Shown one piece after another: positions 26,555 to 36,069 of a DNA stretch of 64,000 bases. Below the pieces are notes generated by a model. It worked only from the letters and a program-made list of their open reading frames with translations. It did not search any database and was not told the origin of the DNA. Position 1 is the first letter of the stretch. Every line of letters begins with the position of its first letter. This DNA is from a virus, in the IMG/VR virus record IMGVR_UViG_3300035698_023018, positions 2,648 to 66,647 of that record. One strand, written 5' to 3'. The translations under genes and the position numbers were made by a program.

Positions 26555-29401
26555 TCAGTCTTTTTTGTCATCGGCTAAAAACTCCTCAAGAATTTCAAAA
26601 AGTGAATCAACATTCTTTATAGGAATCTCGACTAATTTACCCCAATTCGGACCAACTTCAATCTCAGCTGCCATAGGTACTAACATACCATCAACGACTT
26701 CAGTCATCTTTTGATGGCACATTTTTATAACCGGCTTCATACAACTAGGATCAGCTTCAAGAATGATTGAATCATGTACGGTTAGAATAAGGTGGGCTTT
26801 CCATTCAGGATGAGCTTGTAGTTCTCTATGAATCTTAATCATAGCTACACCAGTAAGATCAGCTGCCCCACCTTGAATAGGTGCATTAACAGATTGACGA
26901 ATTGCCATCGCAAACTTCTCTTTGTCAGCAAATTTCATCTGAGCATAAGGAAGTCTACGAACACGCCCAAAGTAACCTGGAGAATAACCTGTAGATTCAG
27001 TAAAGTGCTTAGTAATGTTCAACCACCTACGTGCAATAGGATATTTTGCAAAAAACTGTTCAATAATAGCTTCTGCGGCTTCTTTAGTAATCTTTACCTG
27101 CTTCGCAACAGATTCAGCACCACGTCCATACATCAAGCCAAACACTACAAACTTTGCAGCAGACCTCTGCTCTTTCGTGACATCCGCTTCAGGAATACTC
27201 CAGAATTGAGCAGCCGTAGCTCTATGGATATCCAAACCACTCTTAATATCATTAATCATGTCCATATCTTTAGATAACTCTGCCCACATTCTAAATTCAG
27301 CTTGAGCATAGTCCATCTGAATGATAAACCATTCAGGATATGTAGGAATGAACGCTTTTTTGATATCTTTATTGGCTCGCGGAATATTCTGCAAGTTAGG
27401 TTGACTGGATGACAATCTACCAGTAACCGTGATGTGCTGGTTAAAGCTCGTATGTATTCGGTCACCTGCGTCTGCCCGTTTTATCTGGCCAAGTACATAA
27501 GTCTTATGTAACTTACTCAATTTACGGTTTTCCTGAAGAAGCTTTACACAGGGATGACTATTTTCTAAGGCCTCAAGAACTTCCTTATCCGTAGATAATT
27601 TATTACCCGCCTTTCCAGCCTTTTTAGGGAAAGGATGTTTAAGTTTAAGTACTGTGAACAATAATAATCTAAGATGATCATGAGAGTTCATATTAAAGGG
27701 TATAGGTTTACCATAATGTATCCCATACTCCTTCTGTGTATACTTCGGAGGTTTAGTATTAGTGGGATCAATCAAGTAATCTATCGTAGTCTTAAGACCC
27801 GCCCAACGTTCTTCCACCTTCTTCTGATTCTTTTTAAGAAGAAGTCCACAAACTTTAGTTACTTCAGGCATAGCAAGAAGACCTTGCTCGAGTTCTTCTA
27901 ATTTTGCCGCATATACTTTATCTAGTTCATGAAGATACGCTACATTTACCTTTGCACCACGATACTCCATAGTATCCAATACTCTACGTTGTTTCATCAC
28001 AAGCGCATGGTAGTATCGAACCATATCAGGAATCTTACCGCCTAGCTGAGAGTAATCATAAGCTTGCGCTTCGTCATGTAATCTATTAGTAAGTACACGA
28101 TGAACTCGGATAACAGCATCTGCATCCATTGCAGCATATGGCCAAAGAATCTCTGAGGGAATATCAGCATAAGTAATATCTTTATTCTCATCAGCTATGT
28201 CAACTAATTCACCTTCAAGACCTGTAATATCCCAATTAATTTCAGTTGTTTCAGGAGGATCAGCTTTCAGAAGCATTTTTTTGAGCTCTTTGATTCTATC
28301 CTTTCGAACTTTTTGAGCTGCTTGTAATCCTTTACGTCGATCTATCTTAAGTTGTTGTTTACACTTATCAAGCCCATCATCATAATTGCCCATATCAGTA
28401 TAAAGGGCCGCCATTGCTTTCAAACCTTTTAGATCTAAGGCATTCTCATCACATAAGGATTGTATCAACATAGTATCTTCGATAAGTCCAGCAATCATAA
28501 TACCTGCAGTCATCAAAAACTTATGATCGAATGATATATTCTGAGCTATCCAAGTAATACTAGAATCAGCATAAATTGTTTTAAGCGCAGTATTAATTTC
28601 TTCAAGTTCATTAACAGACCAAATCGTAGTCTCTTTATATCCCAACAATGGAAGGACTACTGCAGTGTTTGTTTTCCATGAAAATGAATAACATAGAATA
28701 CGATCATTTTGAAAATCAAAACCAGTTGTTTCCGTATCAAATGCGATAAGTTTTTGTTCCCGCATCTTCGCCATAAATTTTCTAAACTGATCTATATTCC
28801 GAATAGTCACATAACGAACTGCGGAGCGTATAGGAGCTTCGCCGCGAATAATTTGCCCAAACTCTTTAAAGTGTTTCCGGACACGTTCATTATAATTTGG
28901 ATTTCGACTAACATACGATGGATGAGCACTTACTAAAATCTGCCGTGTAATATCATTCTTAGTATAATCAACAGATTTACCAGCACGTGCCAATATCTTT
29001 ACGTCTTTTTCCCCTGTAAGTGTCTCGTATACTTCCTTACCTAAAGTAATAATTACTCGCGGATTAACTGTAGCAATTTCTTGATCCAAATACGTTCTAC
29101 ATGCGGCAAATTCTTGATCAGTTGGTGGGCGATTCTCCGGAGTTCTACATTTACATGCATTACTTATATACACGTTTGCCCTATTAAGTCCTGCTTCTTG
29201 TAACCACATGTTAAGCAACTTAGTAAACTCTACATCTGATATAGGGCGGCCATGTCTATCATCACTTGCGCTAGGTTCTCGACCTAAAATCATAATATCA
29301 CACGGTTGAGGACCCTCCCCCCAAAGACAAACATTATTTACATTCACGTGTAGTTCACAACTTGAACAATTAACATTTCTCATGGCTTCACGTGCCTCCA
29401 T
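26555..29401 (-). CDS. polA: family A DNA polymerase with N-terminal family-4 UDG-like domain and 3'-5' exonuclease
   Basis: CSSC.L...GEG...KCR.P.NRPP...C...HPSY; FDTETTG; TGRLSSSQPNLQNIP; DYAQAEFR; RSAAKFVVFGLMYG; TVHDS. Confidence 0.93.
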   Translation of the reverse strand: MEAREAMRNVNCSSCELHVNVNNVCLWGEGPQPCDIMILGREPSASDDRHGRPISDVEFTKLLNMWLQEAGLNRANVYISNACKCRTPENRPPTDQEFAACRTYLDQEIATVNPRVIITLGKEVYETLTGEKDVKILARAGKSVDYTKNDITRQILVSAHPSYVSRNPNYNERVRKHFKEFGQIIRGEAPIRSAVRYVTIRNIDQFRKFMAKMREQKLIAFDTETTGFDFQNDRILCYSFSWKTNTAVVLPLLGYKETTIWSVNELEEINTALKTIYADSSITWIAQNISFDHKFLMTAGIMIAGLIEDTMLIQSLCDENALDLKGLKAMAALYTDMGNYDDGLDKCKQQLKIDRRKGLQAAQKVRKDRIKELKKMLLKADPPETTEINWDITGLEGELVDIADENKDITYADIPSEILWPYAAMDADAVIRVHRVLTNRLHDEAQAYDYSQLGGKIPDMVRYYHALVMKQRRVLDTMEYRGAKVNVAYLHELDKVYAAKLEELEQGLLAMPEVTKVCGLLLKKNQKKVEERWAGLKTTIDYLIDPTNTKPPKYTQKEYGIHYGKPIPFNMNSHDHLRLLLFTVLKLKHPFPKKAGKAGNKLSTDKEVLEALENSHPCVKLLQENRKLSKLHKTYVLGQIKRADAGDRIHTSFNQHITVTGRLSSSQPNLQNIPRANKDIKKAFIPTYPEWFIIQMDYAQAEFRMWAELSKDMDMINDIKSGLDIHRATAAQFWSIPEADVTKEQRSAAKFVVFGLMYGRGAESVAKQVKITKEAAEAIIEQFFAKYPIARRWLNITKHFTESTGYSPGYFGRVRRLPYAQMKFADKEKFAMAIRQSVNAPIQGGAADLTGVAMIKIHRELQAHPEWKAHLILTVHDSIILEADPSCMKPVIKMCHQKMTEVVDGMLVPMAAEIEVGPNWGKLVEIPIKNVDSLFEILEEFLADDKKD

Positions 29402-29684
29402 CTTTTTTAAGATCTTCCCGCTGCTTTACATCGTGAAGCTTTTCCATCTGTTCTGCATCTGCGTCAGCTCCACGGTTCACCCTATTTGTATGGTCAGGAA
29501 AATCATGTAACCTCTTATTCATATGCCTTCCAGTAAATTGAAAGCCCGTTCCACCAAGTGCTAAATTCTCACAAACTGCGTTACATTCAGAACACTCTGC
29601 AGTATGTTCAGCACTACCAGAGGACAGAGCTTGACGCTCTGTCCACTGATTACCACATGTACATTGAAACTTATACGTGGGCAC
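29388..29684 (-). CDS. FmdB-like Zn-ribbon protein
   Basis: (M)PTYKFQCTCG...CSEC; GTG start with GAGG RBS. Confidence 0.7.
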   Translation of the reverse strand: MPTYKFQCTCGNQWTERQALSSGSAEHTAECSECNAVCENLALGGTGFQFTGRHMNKRLHDFPDHTNRVNRGADADAEQMEKLHDVKQREDLKKDGGT

Positions 29685-29943
29685 TCGTAGCACCTCGAGC
29701 TCTGTAAACCTTATACATATCACGTACTTCTTTACAAAAGCCTACCGCTCGAGTCATCGGCATATATTGCGTATCTTGATTATCACCGGATTCAATACAT
29801 CCTTGATTAGCTAAAAACACCAAGAACTTTTCACTGAGTCCAAATAAATCTACCTTGACATTGTCCGTGAGCTTACACGGAATAAACGACATCTCCAATT
29901 CCGGTAAAAGTTCATCACTAATACTAGCGACCTGTACTACCAT
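29671..29943 (-). CDS. hypothetical protein
   Basis: 90-aa ORF overlapping both neighbours. Confidence 0.45.
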   Translation of the reverse strand: MVVQVASISDELLPELEMSFIPCKLTDNVKVDLFGLSEKFLVFLANQGCIESGDNQDTQYMPMTRAVGFCKEVRDMYKVYRARGATSAHV

Positions 29944-30484
29944 GTCCCTTGTCTCCTCTTTCCTTTACAGGAAGATCTCGAATCTGTTCAATTCGTGGAC
30001 GTTCTGCCTTATGGAAAAGCAACTGGCCAATCTTGTCCCCCTTCCTAATCTCGAAAGAGGTAGACAATTGTACGCCTGTAATCTCATCGACAGGACGCGC
30101 AAGATTCATCGCCCATACACTAATCTCTCCAGTATACCCGCAATCGATTACGCCGTGGTGAAGGATTACTCCACGCTTACCGTAACTACTACGAGTATTC
30201 ACTTGAGCAAACATCGTATCAGGTAAATCAAGATGAATTCCGGTACGTACAAGACTCATACATCCATGACGAATTAATACATCTTCAATAGCGCAAATAT
30301 CATACCCTACGTCATTTGGATATGCAAGCGAGGGGAGTACTGCACCTGAATGAGGTTCTAGGAAAACTCCTACCCTTTCAGGTTCATCCTCTTTAATAAC
30401 TACGGTAATCGGTTCCTTTTCAACCGCTATCGTCACAGTTGCTTCTGACGGTACTTCTTCTTCTTTTTCTTTTTCTGTCAACAT
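29924..30484 (-). CDS. dut: trimeric dUTPase
   Basis: All five motifs: GYDI, RSS, GVIDCGYTGEI, GDKIGQL, RGDKGHGSTG. Confidence 0.92.
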   Translation of the reverse strand: MLTEKEKEEEVPSEATVTIAVEKEPITVVIKEDEPERVGVFLEPHSGAVLPSLAYPNDVGYDICAIEDVLIRHGCMSLVRTGIHLDLPDTMFAQVNTRSSYGKRGVILHHGVIDCGYTGEISVWAMNLARPVDEITGVQLSTSFEIRKGDKIGQLLFHKAERPRIEQIRDLPVKERGDKGHGSTGR

Positions 30485-30485
30485 A

Positions 30486-32147
30486 CTACATCATTCCCGG
30501 AGGCATACCCGCCATCGACATCGGAGGGCCACCCGCATTTTGAGGGTTATCTTCTGTCGGTTCATCCACGACAACGGCATCCAAAGTCAATACCATACCT
30601 GCCACTGACGCAGCATTCTGTAATGCGTGAACCGCAACCTTGGTCGGATCAGTTACGCCCATCTCAAGGAGATCACCATATTCATCGGTTACGATATCGT
30701 AACCGTAAGGATATCCTTTCGCGGCTGTCACTATTTTCTCCATAATGATTTCAGGAGTTAGACCCGCATTAGTACAAATCTGGAATAAGGGAGCAAGCAA
30801 TGCAGTCTTAACAATCCTATAGCCAGCCTCAATAGATTCACTCTGTTTTGAATCGTTTTTGAGCCCATCTACTGAACGCACCGCGCCCAAGTAGGTTACA
30901 CCTCCACCTGGAACAATCCCCTCCTCGACTGCCGCACGAGTAGCGTGCAGCGCGTCCTCTACGCGGGCTTTCTTTTCCTTCATCTCAATATCAGTAGCAG
31001 CACCAACACTCAAGACAATTACACCGCCAGATAATCGCGCCAACCGCTCTTGTGTCTTTTCCTTTTCAAAGTCACTATCAGTCGATTCAAGTTGTTGCTT
31101 CGTATAATCAATACGTTGCTGGATCTTCGCTTCTTCGCCTGTGCCTCCAATAAGAGTGCATACGTCCTTCGTCACCACTACATGGTCGACTGTTCCAAGA
31201 TCTGCAGGAATAACCTCTTCCAAGCGCATCGAAAGATCTTTCGATATAAACTTACCCCCAGTGACGACTGCCAGATCCTCAAGGGTTTCTCGTTGGTTAT
31301 CTCCGAAATACGGTGCTTTGACCGCACAACACTTAAGCGTACCGCCCATCTTATTCTGAATTAACGTCACTAGTGCATTACCTTCAACGTTCGCAGCGAT
31401 GAAGAGAATAGGCTTACCTAACTGCGCTACCTTTTCAAGGAGAGGAACAATGAGTTTAACATTCCCAATTGTTTGATCTGTAACCAAAACGAAACAATCA
31501 TCCAATGTACACGTCAAATTCGGGTTATTCATGAAGTATGGTGAAAGATATCCTCGAGGAATCTCCATACCTTCGACACCTTCTTTAGTAGTATCAAAGG
31601 TTTTCGACTCTTCGACTGTAATAACCCCGTCCATCCCAGCTTCCTTCATAGCATCTGCAATAAGTTTACCCAAAATGGCGTCATTGTTCGCCGAGATCGT
31701 AGCAACTGCCTGTAAATCATCAGAGGTGATATTCTTTGATATCCCTCGGATTGAATTTACTGCCGCTTTTGTTGCCTCTTCAATACCAGTCTTGACAAAC
31801 ATAGGATTTGCACCCGCACTGATCAACTTCATTCCTTCAGTAATCATCGCTTGCGCTAAAATCGTAGCCGTAGTAGTACCATCACCTGCGGTGTCGGCAG
31901 TCTTCTGCGCAACCTCACGAATAAGTTGAGCACCTGCATTCTCAAACGGATCTGAGAATATAATTTCACGTGCCACAGATACCCCATCCTTCGTAATAGT
32001 GGGTGCACCACCAAACGGGTTACTCAACGCAACATTGCGACCCTTCGGACCTAAGGTGATTTTCACAGCATCCGCGAGTTTATCTATGCCCTTCTTGATG
32101 TGCGCCGTAGATTCATCACCAAATTTAATCTGTTTTCCCGGAGTCAT
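30486..32147 (-). CDS. groEL: chaperonin GroEL
   Basis: TLGPKGRNV, TKDGVSVA, AGDGTTTAT, ERLARLSGGV, GIVPGGG, GM-rich tail. Confidence 0.97.
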   Translation of the reverse strand: MTPGKQIKFGDESTAHIKKGIDKLADAVKITLGPKGRNVALSNPFGGAPTITKDGVSVAREIIFSDPFENAGAQLIREVAQKTADTAGDGTTTATILAQAMITEGMKLISAGANPMFVKTGIEEATKAAVNSIRGISKNITSDDLQAVATISANNDAILGKLIADAMKEAGMDGVITVEESKTFDTTKEGVEGMEIPRGYLSPYFMNNPNLTCTLDDCFVLVTDQTIGNVKLIVPLLEKVAQLGKPILFIAANVEGNALVTLIQNKMGGTLKCCAVKAPYFGDNQRETLEDLAVVTGGKFISKDLSMRLEEVIPADLGTVDHVVVTKDVCTLIGGTGEEAKIQQRIDYTKQQLESTDSDFEKEKTQERLARLSGGVIVLSVGAATDIEMKEKKARVEDALHATRAAVEEGIVPGGGVTYLGAVRSVDGLKNDSKQSESIEAGYRIVKTALLAPLFQICTNAGLTPEIIMEKIVTAAKGYPYGYDIVTDEYGDLLEMGVTDPTKVAVHALQNAASVAGMVLTLDAVVVDEPTEDNPQNAGGPPMSMAGMPPGMM

Positions 32148-32517
32148 TTTCTACACCTTTCTGTTCATCTTCTAATACTTTTAATTTCGCTTTAAATACA
32201 TCAAAATCTTTGACAAGTTTTATCCCAAAATACCCGCCTTTATGTGTCATATGCATCAACGTATCGATTACCAGCATTTTAGCGGGTCCATCATCTATCT
32301 TCAGCGCATTACTACATTTATCTGCCCATACCTGATAATGACCTCTCACCTTTGCATTAATTGTAGGATCACTATGAAAGTGCTCACGAGTAGCGTAATG
32401 TTCAAATCTTACAACGAATCCAGATAAAACATCGTCTAATTTCGCCGAATCATAGATACCTTCTAATTCCTCTTTGTAAATTAAATATACTTCGTCCCAT
32501 TTAACTAGTTCACTCAT
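32125..32517 (-). CDS. hypothetical protein
   Basis: 130-aa ORF between queC and groEL; no GroES motifs. Confidence 0.55.
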   Translation of the reverse strand: MSELVKWDEVYLIYKEELEGIYDSAKLDDVLSGFVVRFEHYATREHFHSDPTINAKVRGHYQVWADKCSNALKIDDGPAKMLVIDTLMHMTHKGGYFGIKLVKDFDVFKAKLKVLEDEQKGVENDSGKTD

Positions 32518-33205
32518 TGAAACCTTTCATATACTTAGTCCAATTCGCATCAGACAATATTGGGTCGTTCATGCCGTTAAGTCTAAACGCTTCCATTCTT
32601 TCAATACATGAGTCACATGTCATACAGGGTTCGTCTTCTCCTTTATAGCATGTCCATGTATGTTGATAGGGCACACCTAACATTTGCCCCATTCTTATGA
32701 TTTCATCCTTTGTTGTTGTTATAAATGGTGTTAAAAGTTCAAGATCGTGAATTGTTCCAGCAAGTAAGAGGAGTTGCTGAAGCGATTCAAAGAATACCGG
32801 GCGGCAATCTTCATAATTCGCAAGATCCTCATGAGTAGGGCCCATATAAATAGTATTTAGCCCATTTGCCTTACAATACGCTGCAGCAATCACAGCAACG
32901 AATGTATTTCGGTAAGGAACTACCGTAGATGCCTGCTTTCCTTCATTTTGGGCAGGTACATCCATTGTAGAATCAGTTAATGGTGACCCTCCGAAGATAG
33001 ATAAGTCGAATGGGATGATAGTATGTGGGATATCATTCAAGTCACAAAGCTTTTTAGCGCAATCCAACTCTTTTACATGGCGTTGTCCATAGTTAATGGA
33101 GATTGCGTGTACATCAGGACCTCGTTGCATAGCTAAATATAACATGGTAGCGCTATCTGCGCCGCCGCTAAGTGTCACTACTGCTCTACTCTTCCTCATC
33201 TTCAA
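32510..33205 (-). CDS. queC: 7-cyano-7-deazaguanine synthase
   Basis: SGGADS, YGQRH..E, VPYRN, Y.DCRP, TWTCY...C..CDSC..R. Confidence 0.93.
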   Translation of the reverse strand: MKMRKSRAVVTLSGGADSATMLYLAMQRGPDVHAISINYGQRHVKELDCAKKLCDLNDIPHTIIPFDLSIFGGSPLTDSTMDVPAQNEGKQASTVVPYRNTFVAVIAAAYCKANGLNTIYMGPTHEDLANYEDCRPVFFESLQQLLLLAGTIHDLELLTPFITTTKDEIIRMGQMLGVPYQHTWTCYKGEDEPCMTCDSCIERMEAFRLNGMNDPILSDANWTKYMKGFNE

Positions 33206-33638
33206 CCTCTTCGTAGGGAAATACTACCCATTGCCCACCATTACCGTGGGTAGTGCAATCTGGGATAAATTTCGTCTTATTCTCATTAATATATACCGAA
33301 GCAGTCGTTATTTTAAACCCTCTTTCTTTAAAAAAGTGTACGCATTTGGTAAACGTTATACCAGTATCCGCAATATCGTCAACAATTAAAAGGCGTTTAC
33401 TTACCACCGGAGATATCGGAAGCCTAATATGGCACCGCTCAATCCCATCTGGCCTAAGAGAATGAGGGTCAAAGGGCAACATTGGAGTATTCAATAAATG
33501 CGATAAACGTACTCCCGGGACTAATCCGCCCCGCGTAAGTCCAACAATTGCATCGAATCGAGTGTCTATAAAATGTGCCGCGATTTCATCGAGGGCATCA
33601 GTATACTCGCCCCAAGACATGTGTATTTTATCTGCCAT
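33186..33638 (-). CDS. type I phosphoribosyltransferase (purine PRT-like)
   Basis: GLTRGGLVPG..LSH, PRPP motif LLIVDDIADTGIT, WVVFPYE. Confidence 0.88.
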   Translation of the reverse strand: MADKIHMSWGEYTDALDEIAAHFIDTRFDAIVGLTRGGLVPGVRLSHLLNTPMLPFDPHSLRPDGIERCHIRLPISPVVSKRLLIVDDIADTGITFTKCVHFFKERGFKITTASVYINENKTKFIPDCTTHGNGGQWVVFPYEEVEDEEE

Positions 33639-33640
33639 TT

Positions 33641-34036
33641 CTACTTTGTTCCATTATTCACCGCGCGGCGGTCACTTCTTACCTGTTGAGAATTACGAAG
33701 ATAATACGCATCATAAGGCTCCCTAATAGTGGCAATTTTCTTACCTACGGCCTTTTCGAATTTCCCCTGAAACTTCTGTAACGTTACATTACCTAATGCA
33801 GCATATATACTACAAAAATGATCAAAATCTTCAATATTGGGATCATTGTGCGATAATTTACGTACCCCTTTACCGCTACTCACAGAGGGGCGTATATACC
33901 CGTTAACCTTGCCGTCTGTACGAATGTGTCCATACTCTTGCGAAAAAGGAAACAAAATACGTACACCTTTTTGTTGCCTTACAATTGTAAATTCCGTAAT
34001 TTTCTTCTTCATAATCTTTCCTATTCTAATACCCAT
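33641..34036 (-). CDS. hypothetical protein
   Basis: Basic ORF inside the que cluster. Confidence 0.5.
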   Translation of the reverse strand: MGIRIGKIMKKKITEFTIVRQQKGVRILFPFSQEYGHIRTDGKVNGYIRPSVSSGKGVRKLSHNDPNIEDFDHFCSIYAALGNVTLQKFQGKFEKAVGKKIATIREPYDAYYLRNSQQVRSDRRAVNNGTK

Positions 34037-34833
34037 TCCTTCTTAATTGTTGCGGTTGCGTTATGAAAATGTATACTCTCTTCAGCAGTACTCCTAATAT
34101 GATAGTGTTCCACCCCCTTCTCATCGAGCATGACTGCGACGTCGCGTGTAAGATCTTCCACAAACTTCGGATTTTCATACGCTGTTTCAGTTACAAACTT
34201 CTCGTCCTCTCGTTTTAACACTGGATAAATAGGAGAACTCATTTGACTTTCAATGGCATCGACAATATCCTCGATCCAATAGAAGTCGTCCGTAGGAACA
34301 AGACGTAGTCTAACAGTATTTCTCTGGTTATGTGCGCCGTGTTTTGAAATCTCCTTCGAACATGGGCAAAGATTAGTACCCATCGCACTAACTTCCATAA
34401 CGAACGTATATACCCCCGCCACTTTCTTGCCGATAAATGCAACGTTATATCCCTGTTTTCCTCTACTTTTCGATACTGGTGCGAGCCGTTCCATAAAGTA
34501 TGTAAAACTCATACTGATATAGCCGTCTTCAGACTCTAATCGTGCTAACATGTCTTCAATGATTTGCTCAATCCCCGTAGAGGTCATTTGTGCCGACTCA
34601 TATGCCATCAATGTCTCCAAAAAGCGGCTCATATTCGCGCCTTTAGCCTCCTCGGAAACGGAGACATACATAGAAACATTCGCCTGCACTGGTTGTGCTA
34701 ACACATTATCTTTTTGAGAAATTTGCAGAGGAATCTTAACATTAGTAACCCCTGCTCTTCCAATGAACTTTCCACGAGTATCTCTAATATTCTGAATATC
34801 TGGAAGTTCTGCTCGATCTACTTTGTCTGCCAT
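34021..34833 (-). CDS. folE2: GTP cyclohydrolase IB
   Basis: LPDIQ, GANMSRF, LCPCSKEIS..GAHNQR, LKREDEK, ENPKFVED, ESIH.HNA. Confidence 0.93.
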   Translation of the reverse strand: MADKVDRAELPDIQNIRDTRGKFIGRAGVTNVKIPLQISQKDNVLAQPVQANVSMYVSVSEEAKGANMSRFLETLMAYESAQMTSTGIEQIIEDMLARLESEDGYISMSFTYFMERLAPVSKSRGKQGYNVAFIGKKVAGVYTFVMEVSAMGTNLCPCSKEISKHGAHNQRNTVRLRLVPTDDFYWIEDIVDAIESQMSSPIYPVLKREDEKFVTETAYENPKFVEDLTRDVAVMLDEKGVEHYHIRSTAEESIHFHNATATIKKEWVLE

Positions 34834-34846
34834 TAATATCGTCTCC

Positions 34847-35413
34847 TTAACGTTTTACGGATTTTGCAAAGTTATCACCAAGAGAATAGTCCGTCCCTAT
34901 AAGACTAGGTACGTGACCACCCATTTTAACGGGAACTTCTTCCTTAATCCCCGCTAGCTCTTTAGTAAGTATTCCAAAAGAATTGGGAGTTTCCCATACC
35001 TTAACTTGTTGTAACCAAGCCAATCCCGGACGAAGCTCATCAATTTGCATACATATTTCGCCCCAAATGTAATGCAAGATGTTCTCAACAGTCGGTGACT
35101 TCTTCGTCTTTTGGAAGTATTCAATATTATTAAGTAGTCTATGATCCATCCGCTTAACTATACCATCTTCAAGAATACGTTTCAGGTCTTTAAAATCGAT
35201 AACAAAGCCAGTACCTTCATCGATTTCACCACGTACGGTTACTTCAAGATGATAAGTATGCCCATGCGGCTCTTGTATCGTACCTTCATCGTCTTTATAT
35301 AGACTACACGCATGAAATGCTGCGCGGTTTTTCGCAACGTCCCACTCGTGATTCACGAGAAAATGCGCTGCACCAAATTGAAGGTGCTTGGTTACTTCAG
35401 CAATAGGGTTCAT
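34847..35413 (-). CDS. queD: 6-carboxytetrahydropterin synthase
   Basis: F.AAHFL, C...HGHTY, VIDFKDLK, DHRLLN, PTVENI, VWETP. Confidence 0.9.
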   Translation of the reverse strand: MNPIAEVTKHLQFGAAHFLVNHEWDVAKNRAAFHACSLYKDDEGTIQEPHGHTYHLEVTVRGEIDEGTGFVIDFKDLKRILEDGIVKRMDHRLLNNIEYFQKTKKSPTVENILHYIWGEICMQIDELRPGLAWLQQVKVWETPNSFGILTKELAGIKEEVPVKMGGHVPSLIGTDYSLGDNFAKSVKR

Positions 35414-36069
35414 GAATTCTCCAACATTAATGTTATAATACCTCTACACTTTTTAATACGATTGTTCATCGCATTTTGTGCAAGTTTGATCTCCCTACTA
35501 ATCTCATTCTTAGAATATCCCTCCAACATTAACTGAAGAATTTGATGAGTCTTCGGGTCTGTATCTTTAACACGTGCCAATAGTTTTGACACGAGCTGTT
35601 TATTTGCAATGATTGTTAAATAGTCTGGACAAGAAGCACTATACATTGATTCAAACGTTCCCGAAACAATGATATCCGATAGTCTAAGGGGCGCGCCGCA
35701 ATGCGTACACATTGATACATCCGTGGTTCGTTTGGCCTGTTTAGTACCACACGTATTACATATACGATGAGGTCTACCTCTTACCTGGTGCACATGGTTA
35801 ATAATCTTATTTTTGAGTTGTCTCAATACCAACCAATGAAACTTCTTACCCTCTTCAGGTTCCCACCGATTAAACAACCGCCACATGTCAGCTAACAGAA
35901 TAGCAAAGAGATCATCCACATCCCATGAAGAATCTCTACACGCCTTATAAGCCATCTGCTTAATAATTGGGGTAACATGTCCTGCAAATTCGTTGAAATA
36001 CTTTACGTCCCCAGTATCATGGAACTGGTACGCCATCGAATCGATTGATTCCATCACATCTTGATACAT
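35410..36069 (-). CDS. phage sigma70-family factor with Zn-ribbon insertion
   Basis: Region 2-like DDLF...W.L..RWEPEEGKKF..LV...LKNKI; CNTC/CTHC; region 4 HTH EGYSKNEISREIKL....MNNRI. Confidence 0.7.
   Translation of the reverse strand: MYQDVMESIDSMAYQFHDTGDVKYFNEFAGHVTPIIKQMAYKACRDSSWDVDDLFAILLADMWRLFNRWEPEEGKKFHWLVLRQLKNKIINHVHQVRGRPHRICNTCGTKQAKRTTDVSMCTHCGAPLRLSDIIVSGTFESMYSASCPDYLTIIANKQLVSKLLARVKDTDPKTHQILQLMLEGYSKNEISREIKLAQNAMNNRIKKCRGIITLMLENS

Noticed and set aside
32125-32517. Weak similarity (K....[DH]..[LM]...H..G) to module 4 of the 699-aa protein; also considered as a GroES substitute
   Set aside because: Too few identities to support by eye, and it lacks GroES motifs.
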